From NCBI GenBank assembly GCA_964439805.1, contig CAYTOI010000002.1, positions 47,489-111,488 on the forward strand: a stretch of 64,000 nucleotides of DNA, written 5' to 3'. Position 1 is the stretch's first letter. Every line of letters starts with the position of its first letter. Source of the DNA: an uncultured Pseudomonadales bacterium. GTDB lineage: Bacteria; Patescibacteriota; Microgenomatia; UBA1400; MFAQ01. Made by a program: the position numbers and the translations under genes. This document shows positions 27,871 through 37,216 of this stretch, one piece after another. A model generated the notes under the pieces. That model ran no database searches and was not told the DNA's origin. It saw only the letters and a list, made by a program, of their open reading frames with translations.

Positions 27871-28548
27871 TCACTTTGTTACTGTGTAAATTTCTCCTGC
27901 TTCTGTACTTTGCAAAAACTCCGGAGAAGGTGGTACAAAGCCTAGGATTGTTAAAGATGTATTCATCGGGCCTTCAAATGACAGATCCCAATCACCCGAG
28001 TGTTGATATGTGAATCTGTCTTGTTTGGCATTCAATGTGTACTGCAAAATTTCAAATTGACCATTAAACGTACAGGTCAGGTTCAGAAAAATATCCCGAT
28101 CGCAGTTTGGAAGGCGGAAGGTTGCAAACACTGTTTCTTCAGAACTTGGCACTCTGCATAGTGGCTTTGCTGATACAGTAGTATCGTTATTGTCCATTGG
28201 AATTTGGTACGAGTTAATTTCACAATTTCCAATCTTGTTTTCATAACCATCGAACTCAATAGGAAAAAGTGGTCCATGATAGACAAAAACAGGAGAAAGC
28301 TCGCTAGTGCCCCATTCGTCGCCCCGGGGGTAAAAAGAGATCGTTTCGCTTTCTTTGTAATTTTGGACCCAGTTCTTGGGAACAAAATTGTACACGAAGA
28401 TGAAATTGATTCTGGTCACTTCCGGAAGTGACTCATGCGTTGCGGCCGGCACATCGGTAGCAGGAATTTCGGGTTGAGCTGGAGCTTGAGCTGGTGCTCC
28501 ACAGGCAAACATAAGCAGTGCAATTAATACAAAAACAATATTTTTCAA
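27871..28548 (-). CDS. putative lipoprotein (225 aa)
   Basis: Signal peptide with lipobox-like LMFACG; A/P-rich linker. Confidence 0.5.
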   Translation of the reverse strand: MKNIVFVLIALLMFACGAPAQAPAQPEIPATDVPAATHESLPEVTRINFIFVYNFVPKNWVQNYKESETISFYPRGDEWGTSELSPVFVYHGPLFPIEFDGYENKIGNCEINSYQIPMDNNDTTVSAKPLCRVPSSEETVFATFRLPNCDRDIFLNLTCTFNGQFEILQYTLNAKQDRFTYQHSGDWDLSFEGPMNTSLTILGFVPPSPEFLQSTEAGEIYTVTK

Positions 28549-28621
28549 GGTATCACTCCTAAGTTTAGATTTGCTGTATTTTACCTCAAAACCCTTAATT
28601 GCACAACTATAGGGTTATAGT

Positions 28622-29182
28622 TTACGCACTTATGAGGACGGGCTTGGTGAACCTGCGCTCCTCTAGCTGCTCCAAAAACAATCTTATCGTCTCATCTATA
28701 TCAATTCTCTCGGGGACTTCATCCAGCAGGTGGACATCTTCTCTGGTCAGAGCCTCCAAATAATCTAGGGTAGTGGTCTCAGCCATGTGGTTTGGTAAAG
28801 AAATTCTCCCAGCATCTTCGATCAAACCATCATTATCGGAGTGAAAACTATAGTTTTCCATATATCCAAACTCTCTACCAAAACGAAACACATCAATAAA
28901 AACAGTATTTACAATTTCATCTCTATCAGGTCTCTTTACACTCTGAACTCTCATCATTTCTCCACCAACCAGTTTATCCGTGCAAATCAATATGACATCT
29001 TTGAGCCAAGTTCCTTCCCACTCTTTTCCTCCCATTACTGTCACAATAACTTTATGCTTACCATCCTGGCTTAGCCATTCCTCAATTCTTTCCCCATGAC
29101 TCACAACATCTTCCATACTCAGCTCAATTGAGGGGTATTTATTTTGGCTATGAACAGAATGTTCTTTTGTTACCACAAGCAA
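28622..29182 (-). CDS. hypothetical protein (186 aa)
   Basis: ORF only. Confidence 0.45.
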   Translation of the reverse strand: MLVVTKEHSVHSQNKYPSIELSMEDVVSHGERIEEWLSQDGKHKVIVTVMGGKEWEGTWLKDVILICTDKLVGGEMMRVQSVKRPDRDEIVNTVFIDVFRFGREFGYMENYSFHSDNDGLIEDAGRISLPNHMAETTTLDYLEALTREDVHLLDEVPERIDIDETIRLFLEQLEERRFTKPVLISA

Positions 29183-29207
29183 ATTATACTACCACTCAAA
29201 AATCGCA

Positions 29208-29921
29208 GTGTACAATAACTCTGTGCCCAAAATTGAATATAAATTAGTTAGAACCAGGAGATTGTCGGGCAGTATAAGTATCCGAATCAAAAATGGAGAG
29301 GTAATTGCTAGTGCCCCTTTTTGGGTCCCCAAAATCGCTATCGATAGTTTTGTAAAAGAAAAAGCCGACTGGATAGAAAAATCTTTAAAGTCTCAAAAGC
29401 CAGTAGAGGCGGGCAAAAAATATATTACCGGAGAGACTCACTTACTTTTTGGCAAAGAGTATCTACTAGAAGTTGTCACTTCTGTCTCACCAATTAGAAC
29501 TAGTGTCAAAGAGTCGGGGAGCAAACTTGTTGTAGATGTTTATGTAGGATTTGATAAAGATAAGCTAGCCAAAGAAATTCAAGATGCCATGCTCAGATTT
29601 TACTTGGAGAAGGGGATTGGCTACTTAACTGAAAAAGTAAATTACTACACATCTCTATTGGGTGTAGACTATTCTAAGATCGAAATAAAAAAAGTTTCTA
29701 GTATCTGGGGAAGTTGTTCTGCAAAGAATGTCTTAAGTTTTAATCGAAAACTCGTAATGGCTCCGGAAGAAATTATTGATTATGTCATAATTCATGAAGT
29801 CTGTCATCTAAGGGAAAGAAATCACTCTAGTAGATTTTGGGGATTGGTTTTTCGCTTTGATCGAAAGTACAAAGAACATCGCCGTTGGCTCCATATTAAT
29901 CATGCTATCCTAAGTTTATAA
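29208..29921 (+). CDS. M48/YgjP-like (DUF45, WLM) zinc metallopeptidase
   Basis: C-terminal YVIIHEVCHLRERNHSSRFW (HExxH + ...NHsxxFW) typical of YgjP family. Confidence 0.7.
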   Translation: MYNNSVPKIEYKLVRTRRLSGSISIRIKNGEVIASAPFWVPKIAIDSFVKEKADWIEKSLKSQKPVEAGKKYITGETHLLFGKEYLLEVVTSVSPIRTSVKESGSKLVVDVYVGFDKDKLAKEIQDAMLRFYLEKGIGYLTEKVNYYTSLLGVDYSKIEIKKVSSIWGSCSAKNVLSFNRKLVMAPEEIIDYVIIHEVCHLRERNHSSRFWGLVFRFDRKYKEHRRWLHINHAILSL

Positions 29922-31220
29922 ATGTCAAAAAACACCGACCCAGATTTTGAAAAAGCTCTAAATATTTTGCTGCATAGTGAAGAACACGTTTTTCTCACAG
30001 GGAACGCCGGTACTGGTAAAACGACCCTCATCAACAAGTTCCAGTCAGAAACAGAAAAGGATCTGGCCATAGTCGCCCCTACCGGAGTAGCAGCCGTCAA
30101 TGTCGGGGGAGAAACCATTCATTCATTTTTTGGATTTCCCCCTAATGTAAATATCGATAGGGCCATTTTTGAAGCCAAAAAAACCAAAAAAGCCAAAATC
30201 TACCAAGCTCTCGAAGTTTTGGTTATCGATGAAATCTCTATGGTCAGAGCGGATCTGCTGGACTGCATCGATATCTTTTTGCAAACAGTTCGCAAAATGA
30301 GAGTTTCTTTTGGGGGAGTTCGCGTCATTATGGTGGGAGACTTACACCAGCTTCCACCAGTAGTTACTCCCACAGAAAGAGAAGCTCTTCTCAGTATGTA
30401 TAGTAGCCCCTACTTTTTCAGCTCTCACGTCTTTCAAAAATTAATGTCTGGTCTTTATACACAAATAATTTTTCTTGAGCTTCAAAAAATCTATCGTCAG
30501 ACTGATCTCAAATTTATCGATATTCTCAATCGCATTCGGACCAAAACTATTTTGCCAGAAGACTTAGACGTGCTAAATCGCTGCGTACTAGACTCTGAAA
30601 GTATCGACGAACATATTCTTTTGACCACCATCAACGACACTGCCGACAAGGTAAATGACATGCGACTAGCACAGATAGAAGGACCGCTGCATGTCTTTCA
30701 CGCCACTGTTACTGGTGACTTCTCTGAGAAGCAAAGCCCTGCCTCACAATCTCTATCTCTAAAAACAGGAGCCAAAGTAATGCTGCTGAATAATGACCCA
30801 GATGATAGATGGATCAATGGCACTATAGGAACCTTGTTCCGAGTATCCGGTGAAGAAGTCTATGTAAAACTAGAAAATGGAGAAATAGAAAAAGTTGAGC
30901 CGGTTACTTGGAACGCGTACAAAACTAGATTTAATGAAGAAGAAAACAAACTTGAATCATTTGATGTTGGTAGCTTTAAGCAGCTCCCTCTCAGGCTAGC
31001 TTGGGCAATAACTATTCACAAAAGCCAGGGAAAAACTTTTCAAAAAGTCGCCATCGACTTTGGCAGAGGCTCTTTTGCTCACGGGCAAACATATGTCGCT
31101 CTAAGTAGAGCCACAAGCTTAAGCGGATTAAAACTTTTAAGACCACTGACAGAATCCGGAATTATCGTCGACGAAACAGTTCTGCAATTTTTGGAAAATA
31201 TCAAGAAGCTATCCGCTTAA
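29922..31220 (+). CDS. PIF1-family (RecD-like) ATP-dependent DNA helicase
   Basis: Walker A LTGNAGTGKTT, VIDEISMV, GDLHQLPPV, ...ITIHKSQGKTF; start abuts stop of peptidase gene. Confidence 0.8.
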   Translation: MSKNTDPDFEKALNILLHSEEHVFLTGNAGTGKTTLINKFQSETEKDLAIVAPTGVAAVNVGGETIHSFFGFPPNVNIDRAIFEAKKTKKAKIYQALEVLVIDEISMVRADLLDCIDIFLQTVRKMRVSFGGVRVIMVGDLHQLPPVVTPTEREALLSMYSSPYFFSSHVFQKLMSGLYTQIIFLELQKIYRQTDLKFIDILNRIRTKTILPEDLDVLNRCVLDSESIDEHILLTTINDTADKVNDMRLAQIEGPLHVFHATVTGDFSEKQSPASQSLSLKTGAKVMLLNNDPDDRWINGTIGTLFRVSGEEVYVKLENGEIEKVEPVTWNAYKTRFNEEENKLESFDVGSFKQLPLRLAWAITIHKSQGKTFQKVAIDFGRGSFAHGQTYVALSRATSLSGLKLLRPLTESGIIVDETVLQFLENIKKLSA

Positions 31221-32397
31221 GATTATTTTGTTTGGTTAAAACCAAAAATAAGAAGGCTGCAAGTAAAGCAAGCGCTGAGCCAAAATAAAAGGGAGATCTG
31301 GGTCCTGAGTATGTCCATAGGTAGCCAGCAATTATCGATGCTAGCAGAGTGGCCACGCCAAGAAGGGTGTGATAAATCCCAAATGCCGACGCCACAATTT
31401 CGTGAGGAACTAGCCGAGAGATATAAGACTTTGCCACTCCATCCGTAAGAGCCAAAAACACTCCATAGGCAGGGAACAGGAACCAAACAATTTTAGATGT
31501 TTCAGCAAAACCAAAAAGAAAATAAACTACGGCAAAAATTAAGTACCCCACAAACAATACTTTTCTTGAGCCGATTTTGTCAGCAACAAGTCCTGCCGGT
31601 AGCGAGGCAATGGAATTTGTAATATTAAATAGGACATAAGTAAGAATGGTTAAACTCACAGACAAACCTAGGTTTTGAGATCGCAGAATCATAAAAGCCT
31701 CTGAGCTGTTTCCGATAGCAAAAATAATACTTATAAGTAAAAATATTTTGTAGGAAGCATTTGTCTTTATCCATTCGAACTTAATTTTTTTGCCTGCATA
31801 CTTTTCGCCTTCAGTTTCCTTGATAAAAATTGAAATCAAAATTACACCGATAAGGGTAGGAACAAAAGCAATCAAAAATAAGGTTCTGTACTCATTTTTT
31901 AGCAAAGCCAAAATGCCAATGGCAAGCAATGGTCCCACTACTCCACCAAAGTCATCCATCATACGGTGAATTCCAAAAGACATACCCCGAGACTCTTTTT
32001 CTGAGCTTTCAGTGATTATTGCGTCGCGAGCAGCAGTTCGTATTCCCTTTCCTGCCCTGTTGGTAATTCTAGAGATTAAAACTGTGGGCCAGGCAAAAGC
32101 CATAGACATTAACAAGTGAGAAGCAGCCGAAAACCCGTAACCAAGACCTACAAATACTTTTCTTCTATGAATTTTGTCAGAAACCACTCCACTTATCGCC
32201 ATCAAAATATTTGCGGTAGCGTCCGAGAGACCTTCAATAAGACCCAAAATAGTAGCCGGCACTCCCAAAACAGTAGACAAAAAGATGGGCACTACCGGGT
32301 AAATCATTTCTGAAGAGATATCGTTAAGAAAACTTACTAGTCCTAGGATCAGAATATTTTTGGGGACTTTTTTAATCTTCGTCTTTAAATCGTTCAT
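31201..32397 (-). CDS. MFS transporter
   Basis: 12 TM; typical MFS loop motifs (GxxSDKxGRRK-like at loop 2-3). Confidence 0.7.
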   Translation of the reverse strand: MNDLKTKIKKVPKNILILGLVSFLNDISSEMIYPVVPIFLSTVLGVPATILGLIEGLSDATANILMAISGVVSDKIHRRKVFVGLGYGFSAASHLLMSMAFAWPTVLISRITNRAGKGIRTAARDAIITESSEKESRGMSFGIHRMMDDFGGVVGPLLAIGILALLKNEYRTLFLIAFVPTLIGVILISIFIKETEGEKYAGKKIKFEWIKTNASYKIFLLISIIFAIGNSSEAFMILRSQNLGLSVSLTILTYVLFNITNSIASLPAGLVADKIGSRKVLFVGYLIFAVVYFLFGFAETSKIVWFLFPAYGVFLALTDGVAKSYISRLVPHEIVASAFGIYHTLLGVATLLASIIAGYLWTYSGPRSPFYFGSALALLAAFLFLVLTKQNNLKRIAS

Positions 32398-32689
32398 ATG
32401 GATAGTCCTCTACATTTAATTCTTCTGCTTGGATTACAAACAGTTTTCCGTCTTCAGTACGAAACAATCTATATCTGTATGTTTCGTAAAGTTCATTATC
32501 ATCCGAACAAATAAAACTAATAATACTATTTGCTTCAGTCAGCAGTTCGGTGATTTCCTCCAAGGTACCTACACGCGACAGAGTCGCTATTTCAATCTGT
32601 ATATCTTTCAGCTGACGATTTAAAGTATTTTCTACTTTACTTTCACAAGCCTCAATTATTTTTCGCTTTTCTGTCATGTCCAGTATCAT
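32372..32689 (-). CDS. hypothetical protein (105 aa)
   Basis: ORF only. Confidence 0.4.
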   Translation of the reverse strand: MILDMTEKRKIIEACESKVENTLNRQLKDIQIEIATLSRVGTLEEITELLTEANSIISFICSDDNELYETYRYRLFRTEDGKLFVIQAEELNVEDYPYERFKDED

Positions 32690-32698
32690 TAGTATACA

Positions 32699-33001
32699 GT
32701 GAAAATTAATGCCACAATTGCCTTAAGTTTTTTTGATCGACTACTAGGTTTAATAGTAAAAACCAATAAGCCGCCTATGCTTTTCCATACCCACTTTGGA
32801 ATCCACACGTTATTTATGAATTATCCGATCGACGTTCTGGTTCTGGATGAAAACAAAAAAATTGTAAAGGCAAAAAACTCACTCATGCCTAATAAACTAT
32901 TTTTTTATAATCCCAAATACTCAGTTGTATTGGAGCTAGAAAGTGGGTTTATCAAAAAAAACAAGTTACAACTAGGTGATAAAATTGAACTTAACTCATG
33001 A
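32699..33001 (+). CDS. DUF192 family protein
   Basis: ...PIDVLVLDENKKIV...YVLELESGF...GDKIEL matches DUF192 pattern. Confidence 0.55.
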   Translation: MKINATIALSFFDRLLGLIVKTNKPPMLFHTHFGIHTLFMNYPIDVLVLDENKKIVKAKNSLMPNKLFFYNPKYSVVLELESGFIKKNKLQLGDKIELNS

Positions 33002-33540
33002 ATATTTTTGCCATAGATCTTTCAGTATCTCACTTAGTTCAAAGCTTTAACTCGACTTTAATTTACTCATTCTTATACTCAGTTTCTTACATAGGCAACG
33101 TAGTACCCATGTTCTTTATACTTTGCATCAGCCTAATTTATTTTTATTTTACTAAACACCGAAAGGCAGCTCTCTACTTATTTTTTTCTACCGGTATCGG
33201 AGTAGGCATAAGTACATTATTAAAAATAATAGTTGCCAGGCCTCGCCCCAGCTCTGAACTGGTTAATGTTTTTGTGAGACACAATGATTTTAGCTTTCCC
33301 AGTACTCACACCACCACCTTTGCCATTGTCTTTGGTTTTCTCTACTACTACTTAACAATTCACAACAAGAACAGCCATTACAACAAGCTTATTAGGTTAT
33401 TACTTTCAATTTTAATAATTTCCGTCGGTATTTCTAGAATCTATTTGGGAGCTCACTGGTTGAGTGATGTTCTGGCAGGCTACGCATTAGGCTTTTTTGT
33501 ATTATTTATTTCCCTCAAACAATTTAAAAATGAAAGATAA
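32998..33540 (+). CDS. PAP2-family phosphatase (undecaprenyl-diphosphatase/PgpB-like)
   Basis: KxxxxxxRP, SFPSTHT, SRxxxxxHxxxD (GISRIYLGAHWLSDVLAG). Confidence 0.8.
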   Translation: MNIFAIDLSVSHLVQSFNSTLIYSFLYSVSYIGNVVPMFFILCISLIYFYFTKHRKAALYLFFSTGIGVGISTLLKIIVARPRPSSELVNVFVRHNDFSFPSTHTTTFAIVFGFLYYYLTIHNKNSHYNKLIRLLLSILIISVGISRIYLGAHWLSDVLAGYALGFFVLFISLKQFKNER

Positions 33541-34399
33541 ATTTGCCGCCACTTGGATATCCCACACCTCAATTAGTGATTACTTGCTTTGCCCTAGGGG
33601 GTATTACCTAAAAAATGTTTACAAGGATCGCAGCACAGGGCACAAACTCCAGATCGTCAGTCCCGCTCTAGCATTGGGGTCGGCAGTTCATGGCGTGCTT
33701 GAAGGTCTGTCTCAAAAGCCAACCGAAACACGTTTGAAAGATTCGCTCGTTTTGGAGTTTGACAAAGTCTGGGAAAAATTTCAAGGCAAACTTGGTGGAT
33801 TCAAAAACAAAGAAGAGGAATATCAATACAAAGAAAGAGGCAAAGCCATGCTCAGGAGAGTCATGGAAAACCCAGGTCCAATAGGCAAGTTGTCTCTAAA
33901 ACTAAAACAAGACTTTCTCTATTACTGGCTAAACGAAGAGGACAATATTATTTTGTGTGGCAAAATTGACTGGCTAGAATATTTACCAGAAACAAATTCA
34001 GTGCATATTATCGACTTCAAAACAAGCAAAAAAGAAGAAAAGGCAAACTCTCTTCAGCTTCCAATCTATTTGTTACTTGCCCAAAACTGCCAAAACCGCA
34101 AAGTAGACAAGATGAGCTATTGGTATCTCGAATTTGATAACTTGCCTACTAGAGTAGAACTACCAAAGTTAGAAGAAGCTACTCAGACATTACTAGATAT
34201 TGGTCGAAAAATAAAACTAGCAAGAAAGTTAGATAACATGAAATGCCCTAACGGAGACGATGGCTGCTTCTCTTGCAGGCCACTAGAGATGGTCTTAAGA
34301 GGTGAAGGGGAAAAGGTAGGAGAGACAGACAGACATGATCTTTACTTCATCGAAAAAGCCCCAGTCGTTGAAGAAGAAATCGAAGAACTAATCCACTAG
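33530..34399 (+). CDS. PD-(D/E)xK nuclease, Cas4/RecB-like
   Basis: N-terminal Cys, IIDFKTSKK core, C-terminal CPNGDDGCFSC cluster; ATG 33530 preferred to 33497. Confidence 0.6.
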   Translation: MKDKFAATWISHTSISDYLLCPRGYYLKNVYKDRSTGHKLQIVSPALALGSAVHGVLEGLSQKPTETRLKDSLVLEFDKVWEKFQGKLGGFKNKEEEYQYKERGKAMLRRVMENPGPIGKLSLKLKQDFLYYWLNEEDNIILCGKIDWLEYLPETNSVHIIDFKTSKKEEKANSLQLPIYLLLAQNCQNRKVDKMSYWYLEFDNLPTRVELPKLEEATQTLLDIGRKIKLARKLDNMKCPNGDDGCFSCRPLEMVLRGEGEKVGETDRHDLYFIEKAPVVEEEIEELIH

Positions 34400-35319
34400 T
34401 ACGCCGCTATCGCCACTGCAAAGTTATTTTGAGCGTACACGCAGCCCCAAACATACTCACCACCAGAGAGTAAGCTTTTGTGTCCCAAAGTATTTTCCCA
34501 GCCTTTGACTGTTTCTGTTGGTGTAGCAAAGCCAGATGCCAAGTACTCACTAATATTATATTTTTCGCTTATCCATTTCAGGTCTGACCTGTCTAGCACT
34601 GGTTGAAAACCTGCATGCCCATCTAGTTTTTTTAGTTCCAATAATTGATTTAGACGAATTGAAGCAATGGTACACAGCTCATCTTTTTTACTTAACTTTC
34701 CGACTCCAAACTCAACTCTTTTGTTGTTCACCGCTTCCCATAAGTCAGGCCCACCCCAAGCAGTTTTTTTAATAGGCTGAACAGTAGGAGCTGCTACGGC
34801 TGACACTTTTACTTGCTCATTACTGAATATTAGATAAAAAAAGTTTTTACCTTTTGATCTGTACTCCGCAATTCCTACCTCTGAAAATTTTGGATGAAGT
34901 ATGGTTTCTTTTTCTATATTGTCAGAAAGCAAATTGGTCATAAAATCATCTTCTGCGCTTTTGAGACTTATAAACGCATCTCCGACAATCGTAGAGTGAT
35001 AGCCTACCATTTCCAACGCCTTTTCTCTTGTCAAAGCTGATGAAGTTCCCAAATAGTCATCGTAGGCAACTATTACGCCCATTCTTGCTCTTGTTGCTTT
35101 GTTTAAATTCTCATTCAGTTTAAGTTCTGTAAGCTTATCTTCTACTCTCTTTTTGTTTATTGCCTCTACAATTTTTGCTCCAAAATTATCAGGAAAACTA
35201 GACTCCTGAGTAGGTGAAACCAAAAAAGATGGTGCCTGAACCTCATTTTTGGCCAAAAATATTCCAACTGAAATCGAAAGAGCTAGGACAATGCTAAGAA
35301 TCAAAATTTTTCTAACCAT
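34396..35319 (-). CDS. secreted protein with two CAP/SCP-like domains
   Basis: Signal peptide; duplicated ~120-aa modules with HYTQVVW-like degenerate motifs (GYHSTIVG..., GHKSLLSGGEYVWGCVYAQN). Confidence 0.45.
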   Translation of the reverse strand: MVRKILILSIVLALSISVGIFLAKNEVQAPSFLVSPTQESSFPDNFGAKIVEAINKKRVEDKLTELKLNENLNKATRARMGVIVAYDDYLGTSSALTREKALEMVGYHSTIVGDAFISLKSAEDDFMTNLLSDNIEKETILHPKFSEVGIAEYRSKGKNFFYLIFSNEQVKVSAVAAPTVQPIKKTAWGGPDLWEAVNNKRVEFGVGKLSKKDELCTIASIRLNQLLELKKLDGHAGFQPVLDRSDLKWISEKYNISEYLASGFATPTETVKGWENTLGHKSLLSGGEYVWGCVYAQNNFAVAIAAY

Positions 35320-35343
35320 TTACATATAGTATAGAATATATCT

Positions 35344-35649
35344 ATGCAAATAATTTTCAATACACAGAAGATTAGCATCAGCGACAGGTTCAAACAGAGG
35401 ATAGAGACAAAATTCGAACAAGGCTTGGGTAAACTGCTTCAGCACTACAAAGAAGAGATGAAGGTGGGCTTGCTGTCTATCAAAAAGGTTTCAAAGTCAG
35501 GATACGAAATTAAGTTTGACATGAACTTGCCAGCCTGCCCCATAAACATCAAAGATACTCACAAAGTTTTACTTGATGGGGTAATGAGAGTCAGAGACCA
35601 GGCAAAACGACAAGTAAAAAAACATCTCGAAAAACTTCGAAATTATTGA
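35344..35649 (+). CDS. hpf: ribosome hibernation promoting factor (HPF/RaiA family)
   Basis: MQIIFNT..ISISDRFKQRIETKFEQGLGKL...EIKFDMNL...KDTHKVLLDGVMRVRDQAKRQVKKH follows HPF beta-alpha-beta pattern. Confidence 0.55.
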   Translation: MQIIFNTQKISISDRFKQRIETKFEQGLGKLLQHYKEEMKVGLLSIKKVSKSGYEIKFDMNLPACPINIKDTHKVLLDGVMRVRDQAKRQVKKHLEKLRNY

Positions 35650-35664
35650 GGCTATAATGGTTAA

Positions 35665-36738
35665 ATGCAAAATACCATTAACTGTCCCAAATGTAATACC
35701 GAAATAGAAATCACCGAAGCTCTTCGTAAAACAATATCACCTCAGTTTGAAAAAGATATAGAACAAAAGGCACGCGCTTCATTTCAAAAAGAACAAGAAA
35801 CCCTTCTGGAAGAACTAAAGTTCAAAACTAAAAAACTAGATGAAGCCAGAGAAGAATCCCTGAAACTTCACCAAGAGAAATTAAAGCTAGAAGACGAAAG
35901 AAAAAGTTTTGAGCTAGAAAAACAAAGACAGTTAGATATTGAAAGAGATCAGATAAGGCAAAAAACTTTGCTAGAGTTTTCAGATCAGCATCGCATGAAA
36001 GATGCCGAAAAGGACAAAATGATAAACGATTTAAAAAAGTCTCTAGAGGATGCTCAGATTAGAGCCTCGCAAAGCTCTCAACAACTTCAGGGTGAAGTTC
36101 AAGAGCTAGACCTGGAAAACTTTTTGGCTCAAGCCTTTCCCTTTGACGATATAAAGCCAGTAGAAAAAGGAGTAAGGGGTGCAGACATTAGCCAGGTGGT
36201 CAAAACTAATATGGGAACCGTTTGTGGAATAATTCTTTGGGAATCAAAAAGAACAAAAACTTGGGCAGGGGACTGGACTCAAAAATTAAAGGACGACCTT
36301 CGTCAGTCCAAAGCCAACATTCCGGTAATTATTAGTACAGCGTTACCAAAAGAAATTGTCTCTGGTTTTGGATCCTTGGATGGAGTTTGGGTCTGTGAAC
36401 CGAAGTTTATTAAACCGTTAGCAGAAGTTCTGCGCCAAGGATTGATAAATGTGGCTAGAGAAAAACACACTGGCAAAGATAGGGGGACCAAGGCTGATGC
36501 GGTTTATGATTACCTAACCAGTAATGAGTTCAGACAACAGGTGGAGAGCATTATAGAAGCCCACACCGGTCTCATTATGCAAATTCAAAAGGAAAAGGTT
36601 GCTTTTGAAAAAATCTGGAAAGAACGAGAAGCTCAAGCTCAAAGAATTATTGGCAGCACCGCAAGGATATATGGAAGCATCTCAGGTCTTGCGGGACAAT
36701 CTCTTCCCATGCTTCCCTCCCTCTCTCTCCCAGAATAA
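35665..36738 (+). CDS. DUF2130-like protein (zinc ribbon + coiled coil + PD-(D/E)xK-like C-terminal domain)
   Basis: CPKCNTEIEI; long E/K/Q coiled coil; GADISQVV...ILWESKRTK core. Confidence 0.5.
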   Translation: MQNTINCPKCNTEIEITEALRKTISPQFEKDIEQKARASFQKEQETLLEELKFKTKKLDEAREESLKLHQEKLKLEDERKSFELEKQRQLDIERDQIRQKTLLEFSDQHRMKDAEKDKMINDLKKSLEDAQIRASQSSQQLQGEVQELDLENFLAQAFPFDDIKPVEKGVRGADISQVVKTNMGTVCGIILWESKRTKTWAGDWTQKLKDDLRQSKANIPVIISTALPKEIVSGFGSLDGVWVCEPKFIKPLAEVLRQGLINVAREKHTGKDRGTKADAVYDYLTSNEFRQQVESIIEAHTGLIMQIQKEKVAFEKIWKEREAQAQRIIGSTARIYGSISGLAGQSLPMLPSLSLPE

Positions 36739-36781
36739 CTTGATATAATAGTCCAAAATCCATTTACAAAGGAAGGTTTCC

Positions 36782-37189
36782 TTGAAAAAACTAAAATCTG
36801 TTTTGCGGGTCTTGATCTGGTTTCTTATAATTGCAATAGTAGGTACTATCGAGATTGGACTGATCGCTTGGTATAAGTCAGCCGAAATCATTAGTCTTGA
36901 AAGTATATTAATTAAGAACTTGCCTAACTTCTTCTTCTTTACCATTTCCTGGATATTGGCAATCTTAAGCATAGTTGCCGTTTACAAAAGATATCTATCA
37001 AATAAGCGCGAAGATGCACTAGACCTTTTGTTTGTTACAAGCGTGGCTGGCTTTGCGGGCCAATCACTATATCTCTTTTTGGGTGATATTACAGGTACTG
37101 GTCATTCAACAGGTTTTTTGGGAAATCTGATATTGAGTCAGCTAAATATCTATTTACTGATCTTTTTGTTTCCTAATGAATTTAAGTAA
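36782..37189 (+). CDS. membrane protein (135 aa, 4 TM)
   Basis: Hydrophobicity. Confidence 0.45.
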   Translation: MKKLKSVLRVLIWFLIIAIVGTIEIGLIAWYKSAEIISLESILIKNLPNFFFFTISWILAILSIVAVYKRYLSNKREDALDLLFVTSVAGFAGQSLYLFLGDITGTGHSTGFLGNLILSQLNIYLLIFLFPNEFK

Positions 37190-37191
37190 CA

Positions 37192-37216
37192 CCGCCCCCC
37201 CAAGGGGGGCTTTTTT
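37192..37216 (+). terminator. rho-independent terminator
   Basis: GCCCCCC-caa-GGGGGGC + TTTTTT. Confidence 0.7.

Noticed and set aside
37192-37216. Bidirectional terminator shared by the membrane-protein gene and pyk
   Set aside because: Hairpin is followed by a T-run only on the plus strand; on the minus strand there is no U-run, so it is called as a plus-strand terminator only.
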